Positions 5,432 through 14,968 are shown, counted from the first letter of the stretch. The stretch is DNA of 64,000 nucleotides from a virus (IMGVR_UViG_3300030106_006091:9839-73838), one strand, 5' to 3'. Numbers and translations are program-made. Notes: generated by a model from the sequence alone, not told the origin.

Positions 5432-7826
5432 TCTAATAGCACTACTACTAGTATCGCTAACTGCTCTATCCCAGAGCTGGATAAACCTTGAACTGCAAGC
5501 AGATCAGTATGGGGGTGAAACAACTTGGGAGATAGTACAGGGCGATAGTGTATTTGCATCAGGGGGACCTTACGGGTCTTTCGAGTACGTACAACAACTC
5601 ATACCCCTACCACCAGGTGAGTACAACCTAGTTGTCAATGATGCATTTGGGGATGGCATCTGTTGTGACTTCGGGGAGGGCTGGTTTGGTATAGAGAACA
5701 CATGTAGCGTATCACAATCAGTGTACGACTTTGCAACTGCGCAAGTAGTAGTGTATTTTGATTTGCTACCATGCCCCCCACCTATAGCTGGATGCAGTGA
5801 TGAGACAGCAAACAACTACAACCCAGATGCATACTTCGATGATACCTGCATCTACGATGTAACATTTAGACTAGACCTCAACGGACCACACCCACCACAG
5901 ATAGTTACCCCAGAAGTAAACTCTAACGTAAACGGGTACTGCGGGTCGTGTTGGGCCATGAGTGATGACGATCAAGATGGGGTGTGGGAGATAACAGCCC
6001 CCATGCCAGAAGGGGAACATCTTTGGAAGTTCTCTGCAGACAATTGGGAGATACAGGAATTGCCAGTAGGCGTTTCTGAGTCTCCCTGTTTTTTGTTCGA
6101 TGAGTTCGGGTATGTCAACAGAACCATAAACGTACAGGGTAACATGACACTCCCACCATTGTGTTGGGAAAGCTGTTTACCATGCGGGGCCGTACCAGGC
6201 TGCACAAATCCAAACGCCAGCAACTGGAGTCCATGGGCAAACTTTGACAACGGGTCATGCACAGGCCTTGGTGCTGACTGTCAACCGTGGGAGACAGAGA
6301 TTACCACTACACTTATCGCAGACAACTACCCCGAAGAAACAAACCTGAACGTATACAATATTACATCTGACGAAGAACTGCTAGATATATCTGTTGGGGA
6401 CATACCACAGCTGGTCATTGGTGTGCCACTTGTGTTCTCTACATGTGCTACAGTTGGGGATGTTGTTGAGGTAGAGATAGCTGACAGCTACGGTGACGGA
6501 CTTGGGGCTTCTCAGTGGGGCGGACAGGACGGAGATCTGTTTGTTGTGGCATGCGGAGATACTCTATGGGACCTGCCTGAAGCTGACTTTGGGTACAGCA
6601 CTTTCTCAGAGTTTACCACACCTACATGTGTCACTGTCGAAGACGTAGTAGGATGTGGAGACCCAGACTACCTAGAGTACAACCCAGATGCGACCATACA
6701 ACTAGATGTGCTGTGTGAAACTCTTGCAGTATACGGTTGCACAGATACACTGTACTTCAACTACGACTCTCTTGCCAATGCAGAAGACGCAATAGATTCC
6801 TGCTTCTATACGCTCACTATTACAGACGGTATCGGAGATGGGTGGTTTGGGAGCTGGCTTGGTGTCTACCAGAACGGGTGGGCATCACCACAATACAAGA
6901 TGGGGCCAAACGATGGGACAGAAGAAGTGTTCGATATATACCTGTCAGCTGAGGAGGAGATAGAGATGTTCTTCTTCACAACCCCGCAGTCACAGAACCA
7001 AGTCAACCAGTGCGGGTTCACGCTTGTTGGCCCGACTGGGGACACACTGATAGATATCTCACAGTGGAGCATTACCCCGTTCCCCAACACATACAGTGTA
7101 ACTCCATACTGCGGCAATACATGTATACCATTTGCATACGGATGCACTGATGAGACTGCACAGAACTATGATGCATACGCAAACACAGAGAATGGTAGCT
7201 GCTACTACAACGCTGGGTGCACACAAGCAGGCTATCTAGAATATTACACCCAAGGGTACGAAGCTGATTACGACGACGGATCATGTGAGACATTGGCTGT
7301 CTTTGGGTGCACAGATGAAGAAGCACTCAACTACGAGCCAGAGGCGAACGTTGACAACAACAGTTGTATAGCCGTAGTCGAGGGCTGCATGGACCCAGAC
7401 GCATATAACTACAACGAAGACGCCAATACTTCTACGCAGTGTTTGTATGATGCAGGATGCATTACAGGACCAGGACAACCCTACTGGGCAAACGACAACT
7501 GCTACACGTGGGTTATAGAAGTTGACCCATACTGCTGTGAGGTGGGGTGGGATGCACCATGTATGGAGCTATATCAATACTGCGGCAATCAAACATCTAG
7601 CGTAGACGTAGCCGTTCAGTCTTTGCTGCACTTCTTCCCTAATCCTACAGACGGGGAGATACGTGTGCAAGCACCCATAGGCACAGTCATTACAATTGTG
7701 GATGCTTCAGGCAGAAAGATAATAGAGACAGAAGACACTAGAATACATCTCCCATCTGCGGGTGTGTATGTAATCATGGCCAACTACAAAGGCCGAATCA
7801 AAAAAGAAACAGTAGTAAGGCAATGA
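5358..7826 (+). CDS. Secreted Cys-repeat protein with type IX secretion (Por) C-terminal sorting domain
   Basis: Signal peptide (AVSLIALLLVSLTALSQ), 8 GCxD..NY..A....C repeats, an E-set/CBM48-like stretch (MSDDDQDGVWEITAPMPEGEHLWKF), and C-terminal FFPNPT...IVDASGRKII...LPSAGVYVI...KETVVRQ typical of a T9SS type A CTD. Start is uncertain (5337 or 5358). Confidence 0.85.
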   Translation: MVKLNRLSTSLLSFTRRHIAAKAVSLIALLLVSLTALSQSWINLELQADQYGGETTWEIVQGDSVFASGGPYGSFEYVQQLIPLPPGEYNLVVNDAFGDGICCDFGEGWFGIENTCSVSQSVYDFATAQVVVYFDLLPCPPPIAGCSDETANNYNPDAYFDDTCIYDVTFRLDLNGPHPPQIVTPEVNSNVNGYCGSCWAMSDDDQDGVWEITAPMPEGEHLWKFSADNWEIQELPVGVSESPCFLFDEFGYVNRTINVQGNMTLPPLCWESCLPCGAVPGCTNPNASNWSPWANFDNGSCTGLGADCQPWETEITTTLIADNYPEETNLNVYNITSDEELLDISVGDIPQLVIGVPLVFSTCATVGDVVEVEIADSYGDGLGASQWGGQDGDLFVVACGDTLWDLPEADFGYSTFSEFTTPTCVTVEDVVGCGDPDYLEYNPDATIQLDVLCETLAVYGCTDTLYFNYDSLANAEDAIDSCFYTLTITDGIGDGWFGSWLGVYQNGWASPQYKMGPNDGTEEVFDIYLSAEEEIEMFFFTTPQSQNQVNQCGFTLVGPTGDTLIDISQWSITPFPNTYSVTPYCGNTCIPFAYGCTDETAQNYDAYANTENGSCYYNAGCTQAGYLEYYTQGYEADYDDGSCETLAVFGCTDEEALNYEPEANVDNNSCIAVVEGCMDPDAYNYNEDANTSTQCLYDAGCITGPGQPYWANDNCYTWVIEVDPYCCEVGWDAPCMELYQYCGNQTSSVDVAVQSLLHFFPNPTDGEIRVQAPIGTVITIVDASGRKIIETEDTRIHLPSAGVYVIMANYKGRIKKETVVRQ

Positions 7827-8866
7827 GATATTTAATCACACTTGTGCTTGTAGCACTTACCTTTAACACAAATGCCCAAGATTTCTATAACAAAGTTCTT
7901 AGAAGAGCGACGTTCTATGCGGCGGCTAATGGAGGCAACTCGGTATCTGATCTTAACACATACTCTCTCTCTTCCGGATCACTTACGACCGGGACTGTTG
8001 AAACGCCCTTTGACTATTCTATTACGCTTGGGGTCCGCAAAATTGCGCGTTTTGGCTATGAGAACAGAGCTAATGTGTTTTACAATGGCACTGAAAACAC
8101 GTACGGGGACGCAGCAACCGTTGGAAAGCGAAACGGATTCGAGTTTCTCGCAGAGGCAGATTGGAGAAGACAGCAAGGAAGAAACTTCCTAGACCAAGAC
8201 TACTTCGTACGTTACGTAGCAGACCACTGGATAGTCAAAGCAGAGTACCTGGCAGACGGGTTTGCTGACATACGATACTTCGAAGGGTCACAAAGACTGC
8301 GTACTCAGATTGGGAAGAAGCTGTCACTCAACGTTGGGATAGTCCAACGCATATCTGAGCCGTACGGGTACGACCCCCTGACAGAGCTCATGCTAGACGA
8401 CAACCAAATACACTATACGTCGTTAGCATTAGAAGAAGGATATACAATAGATGTTAATACAGGTGAGTTTTTTGACCCAAACGGGGAGCTTGTAGCGAAC
8501 GACCCGGCTGTCTGGGAACAGGTGGTGATACCACAGGTGCTCACCGACTACGTAGCCAGAAAACGCTCTGAACTCCCCAGCCAGTGGGTGCACTCAGCAG
8601 TTATAGGCTACGACTTCTACCACTACGACAAAGACTTTTGGCTACACTCATGGGGTAACTTGATGCCCTTTCACCTAGACACAGATGATAACTATTCTTA
8701 CCACCGCTTTGTTAATAGCTCACAGTGGGTAGATTATTCTGTAGGACTTATATTTGGAGTAAAGTTCAACAAAAGCTTTGGGGTATTCCTAGAGGGCAAG
8801 TACAATAGGTACTGGGATAGAGAGTGGCATGACTTCTCCGTTGGGTTGAACTACATACTTATTTAA
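7823..8866 (+). CDS. Putative outer-membrane beta-barrel protein
   Basis: Signal peptide ending NTNAQ, aromatic-rich alternating strands, C-terminal FSVGLNYILI resembling a beta-signal. Confidence 0.7.
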   Translation: MRYLITLVLVALTFNTNAQDFYNKVLRRATFYAAANGGNSVSDLNTYSLSSGSLTTGTVETPFDYSITLGVRKIARFGYENRANVFYNGTENTYGDAATVGKRNGFEFLAEADWRRQQGRNFLDQDYFVRYVADHWIVKAEYLADGFADIRYFEGSQRLRTQIGKKLSLNVGIVQRISEPYGYDPLTELMLDDNQIHYTSLALEEGYTIDVNTGEFFDPNGELVANDPAVWEQVVIPQVLTDYVARKRSELPSQWVHSAVIGYDFYHYDKDFWLHSWGNLMPFHLDTDDNYSYHRFVNSSQWVDYSVGLIFGVKFNKSFGVFLEGKYNRYWDREWHDFSVGLNYILI

Positions 8867-8867
8867 A

Positions 8868-9152
8868 ATGGCACAGCAAATAGGAGAGGACACTAAGGTA
8901 ACTCTAGACCTGAAGACTATAGGAATGGCTGTTGCAGGTATTGGGACAATCGTAGCAATGTGGTTTGCATTGCAGGCGGACATAGCAGAAGCAAAGGAAC
9001 TCCCAGAGCCAGCAGCCCCCGAGATTACACGCATGGAGTTTGACATGAAAGACCAACTGGTCAGACAAACTATCATGAGTACACAAGAAGATGTGACTGA
9101 GATCAAACAAGACATCAAGCGCATCGAAGAAAAAATAGACCAACTAAAATGA
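8868..9152 (+). CDS. Single-TM protein with C-terminal coiled coil
   Basis: TM segment IGMAVAGIGTIVAMWFAL; heptad tail VTEIKQDIKRIEEKIDQLK. Confidence 0.75.
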   Translation: MAQQIGEDTKVTLDLKTIGMAVAGIGTIVAMWFALQADIAEAKELPEPAAPEITRMEFDMKDQLVRQTIMSTQEDVTEIKQDIKRIEEKIDQLK

Positions 9153-9155
9153 GAC

Positions 9156-9503
9156 ATGAGAACTGCACTAATTGCTGCACTATTCTCTGTGCTATTCTTG
9201 GCACCTGTCCCTTCAAAGCCTGATCTAGGCGGGATATGTGTTGTAGAATTTAACGCAGATTTTAACAAGCAGAATAGCGTACCCTGGATAGAGAAACTAT
9301 CAGAGTGTAACGCTGTACGGGTAAACATCTCGGCTGAGCCAGAGATGCAAATGGAACACAAGATTGTTGTTGTACCAACGATCATTGTATTCAATGAGGG
9401 CGAAGAAGTTGAACGCTTCCAAGCCAATATCATGATGACTATGGAGACCACCAAGAACGAAGTTCAAGAGGTGGTTGATGAAATTATTTTGAGCGACTTC
9501 TAA
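9156..9503 (+). CDS. Exported thioredoxin-fold protein lacking CxxC
   Basis: Signal peptide; VVEFNADFN (cf. VVDFWAxWC) and IVVVPTIIVFNEGEEVERF (cis-Pro region of the Trx fold). Confidence 0.75.
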   Translation: MRTALIAALFSVLFLAPVPSKPDLGGICVVEFNADFNKQNSVPWIEKLSECNAVRVNISAEPEMQMEHKIVVVPTIIVFNEGEEVERFQANIMMTMETTKNEVQEVVDEIILSDF

Positions 9504-9518
9504 GTTGTTGTATATTCG
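9488..9518 (+). promoter_or_regulatory. Bacteroidota-type promoter (-33/-7)
   Basis: TTTG (9488-9491), 19-nt spacer, TATATTCG (9511-9518, one mismatch to TAnnTTTG). Confidence 0.55.
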
Positions 9519-9522
9519 CACC

Positions 9523-9755
9523 GAAACCGCTTCCTAGCGACCGGCCCTGGGTAATCAAAAAGGGCCTAGACATCGGGTTACAGTAGCTGTCACCATAGGC
9601 AGTGAACGTTGTCCCCGGTAGTTTCGCAAAGTGCGTTGGTATAAAACTCGGGTGGGAACCAGGCTATAGGCTGATAGAAATGCCCCCACGTAGGCTTAAG
9701 ACGGCGAGTGGAAGTCCAACTGCTAAACACAAAAACCAAGGGGGTAAATTGTATC
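9523..9755 (+). ncRNA. Putative structured ncRNA or long structured leader before the endolysin
   Basis: About 255-nt gap in an otherwise gap-free operon, with its own promoter and several helices (CGCT/AGCG, GGCCCT/AGGGCC, AGTTT/AAACT, CGCA/TGCG, GTGGG/CCCAC). Confidence 0.45.
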
Positions 9756-9760
9756 CAGTC

Positions 9761-10180
9761 ATGAGAGAAATCAACCGCATCATCATCCACTGCTCCGCAA
9801 CGAGAGAGGGACAAGACATAGACGCAGCTACAATCAAGAAGTGGCATACCGAAGACCGAGGATGGTCGGATATCGGGTATCACTATTGTATCAAGCTTGA
9901 CGGTACTTTAGAGGCTGGAAGACCGCTCGACCGTGCAGGGGCACACGTCAAAGGACACAACTCCGATTCAATAGGTATCTGCTACATAGGGGGCGTAGAG
10001 GAAGACGGTAAGACACCGAAGGATACAATGACCCCAGCCCAGGAGCACGCAATGCGTGAGCTGATCTTCTCGCTGCGTATGGTATGGGACAAAGAGTTGA
10101 CCCTACACGGGCACAACGAATATGCCAGCAAAGCATGCCCTAGCTTCAAAGTCAGCGAAAAATTCGCAGATATCTTGTAA
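9761..10180 (+). CDS. N-acetylmuramoyl-L-alanine amidase (T7-lysozyme/Amidase_2 type endolysin)
   Basis: IIIHCSAT, WSDIGYHY, GAHVKGHNSDSIGICYIGG, HGHNEYASKACPSF. True start at MREIN (9761) rather than 9602. Confidence 0.93.
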   Translation: MREINRIIIHCSATREGQDIDAATIKKWHTEDRGWSDIGYHYCIKLDGTLEAGRPLDRAGAHVKGHNSDSIGICYIGGVEEDGKTPKDTMTPAQEHAMRELIFSLRMVWDKELTLHGHNEYASKACPSFKVSEKFADIL

Positions 10181-10184
10181 AGCA

Positions 10185-10217
10185 TTTGGTTATATAAGAC
10201 CCACTGTTATATATTTG
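10185..10217 (+). promoter_or_regulatory. Bacteroidota-type promoter (-33/-7)
   Basis: TTTG (10185-10188), 21-nt spacer, TATATTTG (10210-10217), upstream of groES. Confidence 0.7.
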
Positions 10218-10233
10218 TCATAAACCAAGCATT

Positions 10234-10512
10234 ATGGCAAGTATTAATTTCAAACCAACGCGGGACTGGGTAGTGCTCCCGATGCAACGTAAGGACAAGA
10301 CCGATAGCGGTATCGAACTTGTTGGGGGTGCAGAAAACTCACTACGTACTAACATTCTTAAGGTAATCGCTGCCGGACCACAATGTCAGATGGTCAAGGA
10401 GGGCGACACAGTTATGATTCACCCTAACTCAGAAGGTCTTGTGATCAATCTGGATGAGGGTGAGTTTGTCATGGTTAACGAATTCACTATCTGCGGTGTC
10501 ATACCGGACTGA
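10234..10512 (+). CDS. groES: Co-chaperonin GroES-like protein
   Basis: FKPTRDWVVL, KTDSGIEL mobile loop, VIAAGP, VKEGDTV. Confidence 0.88.
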   Translation: MASINFKPTRDWVVLPMQRKDKTDSGIELVGGAENSLRTNILKVIAAGPQCQMVKEGDTVMIHPNSEGLVINLDEGEFVMVNEFTICGVIPD

Positions 10513-10745
10513 TGGAAGGAAGCGTAACCATACCTATCAAAGCGTTTGATGAGTTGAGGTTGGCCAAAGAAACAGCTGACGAGAAGGAGCAGAACCTACA
10601 CAGAGCAGCTAGAGAGCTAGAAGTATTCCTGTCGTTCTTGGTGACAAGAGACAACATACAGGAGTTTCTAGATGAGTTCAACAGGCAATCCTCCACTAGC
10701 CGCATCAACATAGACGACGGGAGAGCTAAAATAGTATTCAGATGA
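10512..10745 (+). CDS. Hypothetical protein (77 aa)
   Basis: Translationally coupled ORF. Confidence 0.7.
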   Translation: MEGSVTIPIKAFDELRLAKETADEKEQNLHRAARELEVFLSFLVTRDNIQEFLDEFNRQSSTSRINIDDGRAKIVFR

Positions 10746-11065
10746 GCAGTAACATTAAGATAGAAGTGAAGACTACCTACCAGTTTCTGCAGGTGTTTAA
10801 CGGAATACTTGAGCTGACTGAGAAAGAGCTGCAGGTACTATCCAGTTTTATAGACCTGGGAGATACAGTAAACCTGTGCTCTGCAGACAACAAGAAGAAG
10901 GTAGCAGAAAACCTAGATGTAAAGGACCCAAACACCCTGAACAACTACGTAAAAAGACTGAAGGACAAGGGGGCAATCAGAAAAACAAAGAACGGGTACA
11001 AGCTATCCGGTCTGCTAAGTCTTAAGAACAATGTAACAATAACTGTAAAAGATGCCCGTGTTTGA
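10742..11065 (+). CDS. Putative winged-helix DNA-binding protein
   Basis: LTEKELQVL...KKVAENLDV..NTLNNYVKRLKDKGAI is a wHTH-like pattern. Confidence 0.65.
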   Translation: MSSNIKIEVKTTYQFLQVFNGILELTEKELQVLSSFIDLGDTVNLCSADNKKKVAENLDVKDPNTLNNYVKRLKDKGAIRKTKNGYKLSGLLSLKNNVTITVKDARV

Positions 11066-11151
11066 TGTGTTTGTCTACGATCCCTGGTACATATCAGTAA
11101 TATATAACCCAAGCGGGGCACAAGCAGTAGTAATCATACAACACTTAGAAA

Positions 11152-11517
11152 ATGGGGAAGAAGAAACCATCGATGCTGGATATGCTTAAGAACTTTGCTA
11201 AAGAGGTAAAAGACTATGCAAAGGAAGGCGCACCCAACGTTACAGAAGAGGTATACGAAAAGAGACTAGGAGAATGTGAAGCATGCGAACATCTCAGAAA
11301 AGATGTCATGAGATGTGGCAAGTGCGGATGCCTAGTGGAGCACAAAGCCAAATGGGCTACATCCAGTTGCCCAGACAAACGGTGGCTCAAAGAGGTAGTA
11401 GGGGCAAGCGGGAGAGCAATTGCTCTTAAGAAGAACGAAAGACTGGAGAAAATAAAGGCTGCCAGAAGAAAGAGAAGAGATGCAAGAAAAGGTAATTCTA
11501 CAACGTCTAGCAACTAA
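11152..11517 (+). CDS. Cys-rich putative Zn-binding protein with basic tail
   Basis: CEAC...CGKCGC...CP. Confidence 0.7.
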   Translation: MGKKKPSMLDMLKNFAKEVKDYAKEGAPNVTEEVYEKRLGECEACEHLRKDVMRCGKCGCLVEHKAKWATSSCPDKRWLKEVVGASGRAIALKKNERLEKIKAARRKRRDARKGNSTTSSN

Positions 11518-11692
11518 GTATGGGTTATCTATACAGAAAGTTGAGGAGGCAGTCTATTATCAGTTTAAATACACTGCACGCATAATAAAGGATGGCGGCT
11601 TTGAATCAGTCAGATTGCCGTATCTTGGTAAGTTTCATGTCCTACCTGGACGACTAAAACATTTGAACAATGTCAAATATGACTCAAGATAA
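11480..11692 (+). CDS. HU/IHF-like DNA-binding protein
   Basis: Two helices followed by SVRLPYLGKFHV (cf. VxLxGFGxF). Confidence 0.65.
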   Translation: MQEKVILQRLATKYGLSIQKVEEAVYYQFKYTARIIKDGGFESVRLPYLGKFHVLPGRLKHLNNVKYDSR

Positions 11693-12119
11693 ACTACTTT
11701 ACTTTAGAGACAGTGCTCGACGGGAGGTATTCTACCCGCTTAGCAGGCTCAAGGGAATAAAGAACGACTTCTCCAGCACAGGGACAGTAGAGTTTTGGTT
11801 CTCGTCAATGAAACATGCTGGACAAACTAAGGTTGCGTATGAAGGAAGCAATATTGACGGTGACGACTTTGTAAGAATAAAGTTCAACGATAACTCCTTT
11901 GTATATGGGGCAATACTTTACTTCTGGCAAAGAGTTTACACTGCAAAGACCGTCATATTCAAAGTGGTGGACGCAGTTGACGACGGCAATGGACACTTCA
12001 CGTTTGCAGCATTTGGGCAAACCTACAATCAGTATTTGATTGGGCACGCAACAAATACAGCTGCAACTTCACCAGACCTCGCAGACTCCTGCGTAATTAA
12101 CCTTCAGGTAGACGCGTGA
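11670..12119 (+). CDS. Hypothetical protein (149 aa)
   Basis: Coupled ORF with no recognised motif. Confidence 0.65.
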   Translation: MSNMTQDKLLYFRDSARREVFYPLSRLKGIKNDFSSTGTVEFWFSSMKHAGQTKVAYEGSNIDGDDFVRIKFNDNSFVYGAILYFWQRVYTAKTVIFKVVDAVDDGNGHFTFAAFGQTYNQYLIGHATNTAATSPDLADSCVINLQVDA

Positions 12120-12613
12120 GAGACTTGATAACTGTCAGTAACAACGTAGTTGTCCCAAGCGCGTACGCACTCACCATCAATGAGTTCAAGGGTTTGAAAG
12201 GGCAAGAGCTGGGTGCGGTATACTTCTATGCGGACCACCGCTCCCCCTACGCTGTGTACGACAGTAAAGAACGTGTCGGTAAAATAGGCCAAGATCTCAA
12301 GGTTAAGTTCACACCCAAAGTGATGGGTGCAGTCGACAAGTATAAGGAACTCTCAGAAACATCAGCAATCAAACTGTTAAAATCTGCACGTAGTTCGGTA
12401 ACTAAACTGGAGAGGTACTTTGACACAATAAACCTAAACATACTGGATGACCACGGCAAGCCCATATACCACGCCAAGGACCTGATCGCCAACCTGGCAA
12501 ACATGGGCAAGGTTGTCAACGGACTGGAGGAGTTGGAGGCAATCGTCAAGAAGCACGAACAGAAGGAGAACCCCAATAGAGGTGGTGTAGTAACCAATAA
12601 GTACTCGCAGTAA
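12116..12613 (+). CDS. Hypothetical protein upstream of TerL; small terminase candidate
   Basis: Helical 165-aa protein near terL; function inferred from position only. Confidence 0.6.
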   Translation: MRDLITVSNNVVVPSAYALTINEFKGLKGQELGAVYFYADHRSPYAVYDSKERVGKIGQDLKVKFTPKVMGAVDKYKELSETSAIKLLKSARSSVTKLERYFDTINLNILDDHGKPIYHAKDLIANLANMGKVVNGLEELEAIVKKHEQKENPNRGGVVTNKYSQ

Positions 12614-13026
12614 TGGACAGGCCTACTAAATACGTAATAGCAGGCTACAATCAAAACCACAAGAAAACTGTGAAGGAAGTTGTCAGGGAGCTGACCAATC
12701 TAAAGGTTGCCAACCAAAAGCTTAGACCTAAAGAGTTGGCGCATACACACTACGAGTTCTGCATACTGCACCCCAACTGCATATTTAACAATCCTAAGAT
12801 ACCAGGTAAAGTAGCAGAGTGGGAGTTGGAGCAGATGAAGAACTACAACATAAAAGTCATATACCTCTTCTCGTACCACACAAAACAAAAGGCTGTAAAC
12901 CTAAACGCATACTACAAGTACTATAAGGACCACGTGGACTTGGTGATACTAGAAGAAATGTTCAAGGACGATGGCCTGCACTTAGAAGCAGTTCTGTCCT
13001 CTTACTTCAAAGACCATGTTTCATAA
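12613..13026 (+). CDS. Hypothetical protein (137 aa)
   Basis: Coupled ORF between the TerS candidate and TerL. Confidence 0.65.
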   Translation: MDRPTKYVIAGYNQNHKKTVKEVVRELTNLKVANQKLRPKELAHTHYEFCILHPNCIFNNPKIPGKVAEWELEQMKNYNIKVIYLFSYHTKQKAVNLNAYYKYYKDHVDLVILEEMFKDDGLHLEAVLSSYFKDHVS

Positions 13027-14968
13027 CTCAGCTAAATACTCACCGGCAGCGCAGCACTATATAGACTTTGGGTTTTATACAGATGCATTGCCTGGGACAA
13101 AAGAGTACTACGACTACTGGGATGAACAGAAAATAAGATGCACGCAGGGGTATTTAGACATAACGGGGTATCACTATTTCTACCTAAACTTCTGCCCTAT
13201 CGACCGAGTCGTAGACGAATTCATGGCAGATGGCACAAAGATCGCACGAAGAGAAAGAACATTTCCTGCCTTCTACGACGGAGACCACCATTACTTCACT
13301 GCGGTAGACGAAGCCAGAAAAACAAACAAGCACCTGGTAGTTCTCAAGGCACGCCGTAAGGGATTCTCATACAAGGCGGGGGCTATGCTGGCTAGGAACT
13401 ACTTCCTGATGCGCAACAGTAAGAACTACGTATTTGCATCGCAGAAAGAATACCTGATTGGTGATGGACTGCTCAGCAAAGCATGGGACTTCCTGTCATT
13501 TGTAGATGACAATACAGCCTGGACACAGCCACGACTACGTGACCGTGAGATGCACAAGCAATCAGGGTACAAGAAGAATGTAAATGGGGCAGATGTAGAA
13601 CTTGGGATGAAGTCACAAATCATTGGGGTATCTCTGAAAGACAACCCAGACAAGGTTCGTGGTAAAGCAGGTGATCTGATTTTCTTCGAGGAGGCAGGGT
13701 CATTCGGCGGTCTACTTAAAGCCTGGGAGGTAGCCATGCCTACTATGCGTCAGGGCTCTAAGACACTGGGCACCATGATAGCATTTGGTACAGGTGGTGA
13801 GGAAGGCTCTGGCTTTGATGGCATGGATGAACTGTTCTACCACCCAGAGTCCTATGACTGCATGGCCTTTGACAATACGTGGGATGCAGGAGCTATGGGA
13901 ACCAAGTGTGGGTACTTCGTACCTATATACCAAAACCTAGACGGCTTCATAGACGACAACGGTAACTCAGAAACAGAAAAAGCAAAAGATCATGAGGAGC
14001 TACAGAGGGAGAAGAAGAAAGGGGCCAATGACCCAAAGGCGCTTGACCAGTATGTCGCGGAGCACCCGTTCACACCACAAGAAGCAACGCTACAGGTCAC
14101 AGCAAATCTTTTTGATGTCAACAGTCTTAAAGAGCAGTATAACAAGGTTAAAGCTCATGGGCTGCAGACTGAGGGAACTGCTGGGGTAATGTACCACAAC
14201 AAAGAGGGTAAGGCCACCTTTAGACCATCAGGAGATGTGCACCCTGTATACAAGTTCCCGCACAGAAAAGGGGACAGGACAGAAGGTGCTGTAGTAGTCT
14301 ATGAAGCTCCTTACAAAACAAAAGACGGAGATGTCCCACACAACTTGTACCTTATATGCCATGACCCCTACGCGCAGGAGAAGTCAGGAAGCAACGAGTC
14401 GCTGGGGGCAGCATACGTAATAAAAAGACCTAATAACCTGTCCAAGCCGGACGATATAATTGTAGCAAGCTATGTTGGGAGACCACGAACGCAGGATGAG
14501 TACAACCAAAATCTATTTATGCTCGCTGAATACTACAACGCAAAGATCGGGTTCGAGAACGACCGTGGAGAGCTTATTGCTTACGCGAAGAGATATCGCA
14601 AGCTACATAAGCTACAAGAAGAGTTTGAAATGCTCGATAAGCGGGAGCTCAGATCTAGGAATGTAAGACGTCAGTATGGCATGCATATGACAGAGCAGCG
14701 TAAAAGACAAGGAGAGTTATATATTAGAGATTGGCTTACAACACCGCGAAATACTGACGAGGATGGTAATATAATGCTTAACTTGCATAATATCTATGAC
14801 CCTGCTCTTTTGCAGGAACTCATCAAGTTTAACCACAAGGGTAACTTTGATAGGGTAATGGCACTCATGGTTGGTATGTACCACACACGAGAGTTATATA
14901 ATAGAGAAGTTAGTGAAATTGTAAACGATAGGTCGGCGGACGACTGGTTTGACCGACTTTATAAGTAA
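13016..14968 (+). CDS. terL: Terminase large subunit
   Basis: Walker A LKARRKGFS, Walker B IFFEEAG, motif III FGTGG, nuclease residues ICHDPY and NFDRVMAL. Confidence 0.95.
   Translation: MFHNSAKYSPAAQHYIDFGFYTDALPGTKEYYDYWDEQKIRCTQGYLDITGYHYFYLNFCPIDRVVDEFMADGTKIARRERTFPAFYDGDHHYFTAVDEARKTNKHLVVLKARRKGFSYKAGAMLARNYFLMRNSKNYVFASQKEYLIGDGLLSKAWDFLSFVDDNTAWTQPRLRDREMHKQSGYKKNVNGADVELGMKSQIIGVSLKDNPDKVRGKAGDLIFFEEAGSFGGLLKAWEVAMPTMRQGSKTLGTMIAFGTGGEEGSGFDGMDELFYHPESYDCMAFDNTWDAGAMGTKCGYFVPIYQNLDGFIDDNGNSETEKAKDHEELQREKKKGANDPKALDQYVAEHPFTPQEATLQVTANLFDVNSLKEQYNKVKAHGLQTEGTAGVMYHNKEGKATFRPSGDVHPVYKFPHRKGDRTEGAVVVYEAPYKTKDGDVPHNLYLICHDPYAQEKSGSNESLGAAYVIKRPNNLSKPDDIIVASYVGRPRTQDEYNQNLFMLAEYYNAKIGFENDRGELIAYAKRYRKLHKLQEEFEMLDKRELRSRNVRRQYGMHMTEQRKRQGELYIRDWLTTPRNTDEDGNIMLNLHNIYDPALLQELIKFNHKGNFDRVMALMVGMYHTRELYNREVSEIVNDRSADDWFDRLYK

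Noticed and set aside
9670-9725. Resemblance of GGCTTA and GAGTGGAAGTCC to RNase P RNA conserved regions
   Set aside because: The matches are short, imperfect and in the wrong order; not supportable without a covariance-model search.
9602-9760. N-terminal extension of the amidase in the ORF track
   Set aside because: The amidase domain begins at MREIN (9761). The extension starts at GTG, has no domain-like features and overlaps a structured region.
11052-11189. Possible 45-aa ORF (MPVFDVFVYDPWY...)
   Set aside because: It fills a gap and may be real, but it is short, overlaps both neighbours and has no motif support.
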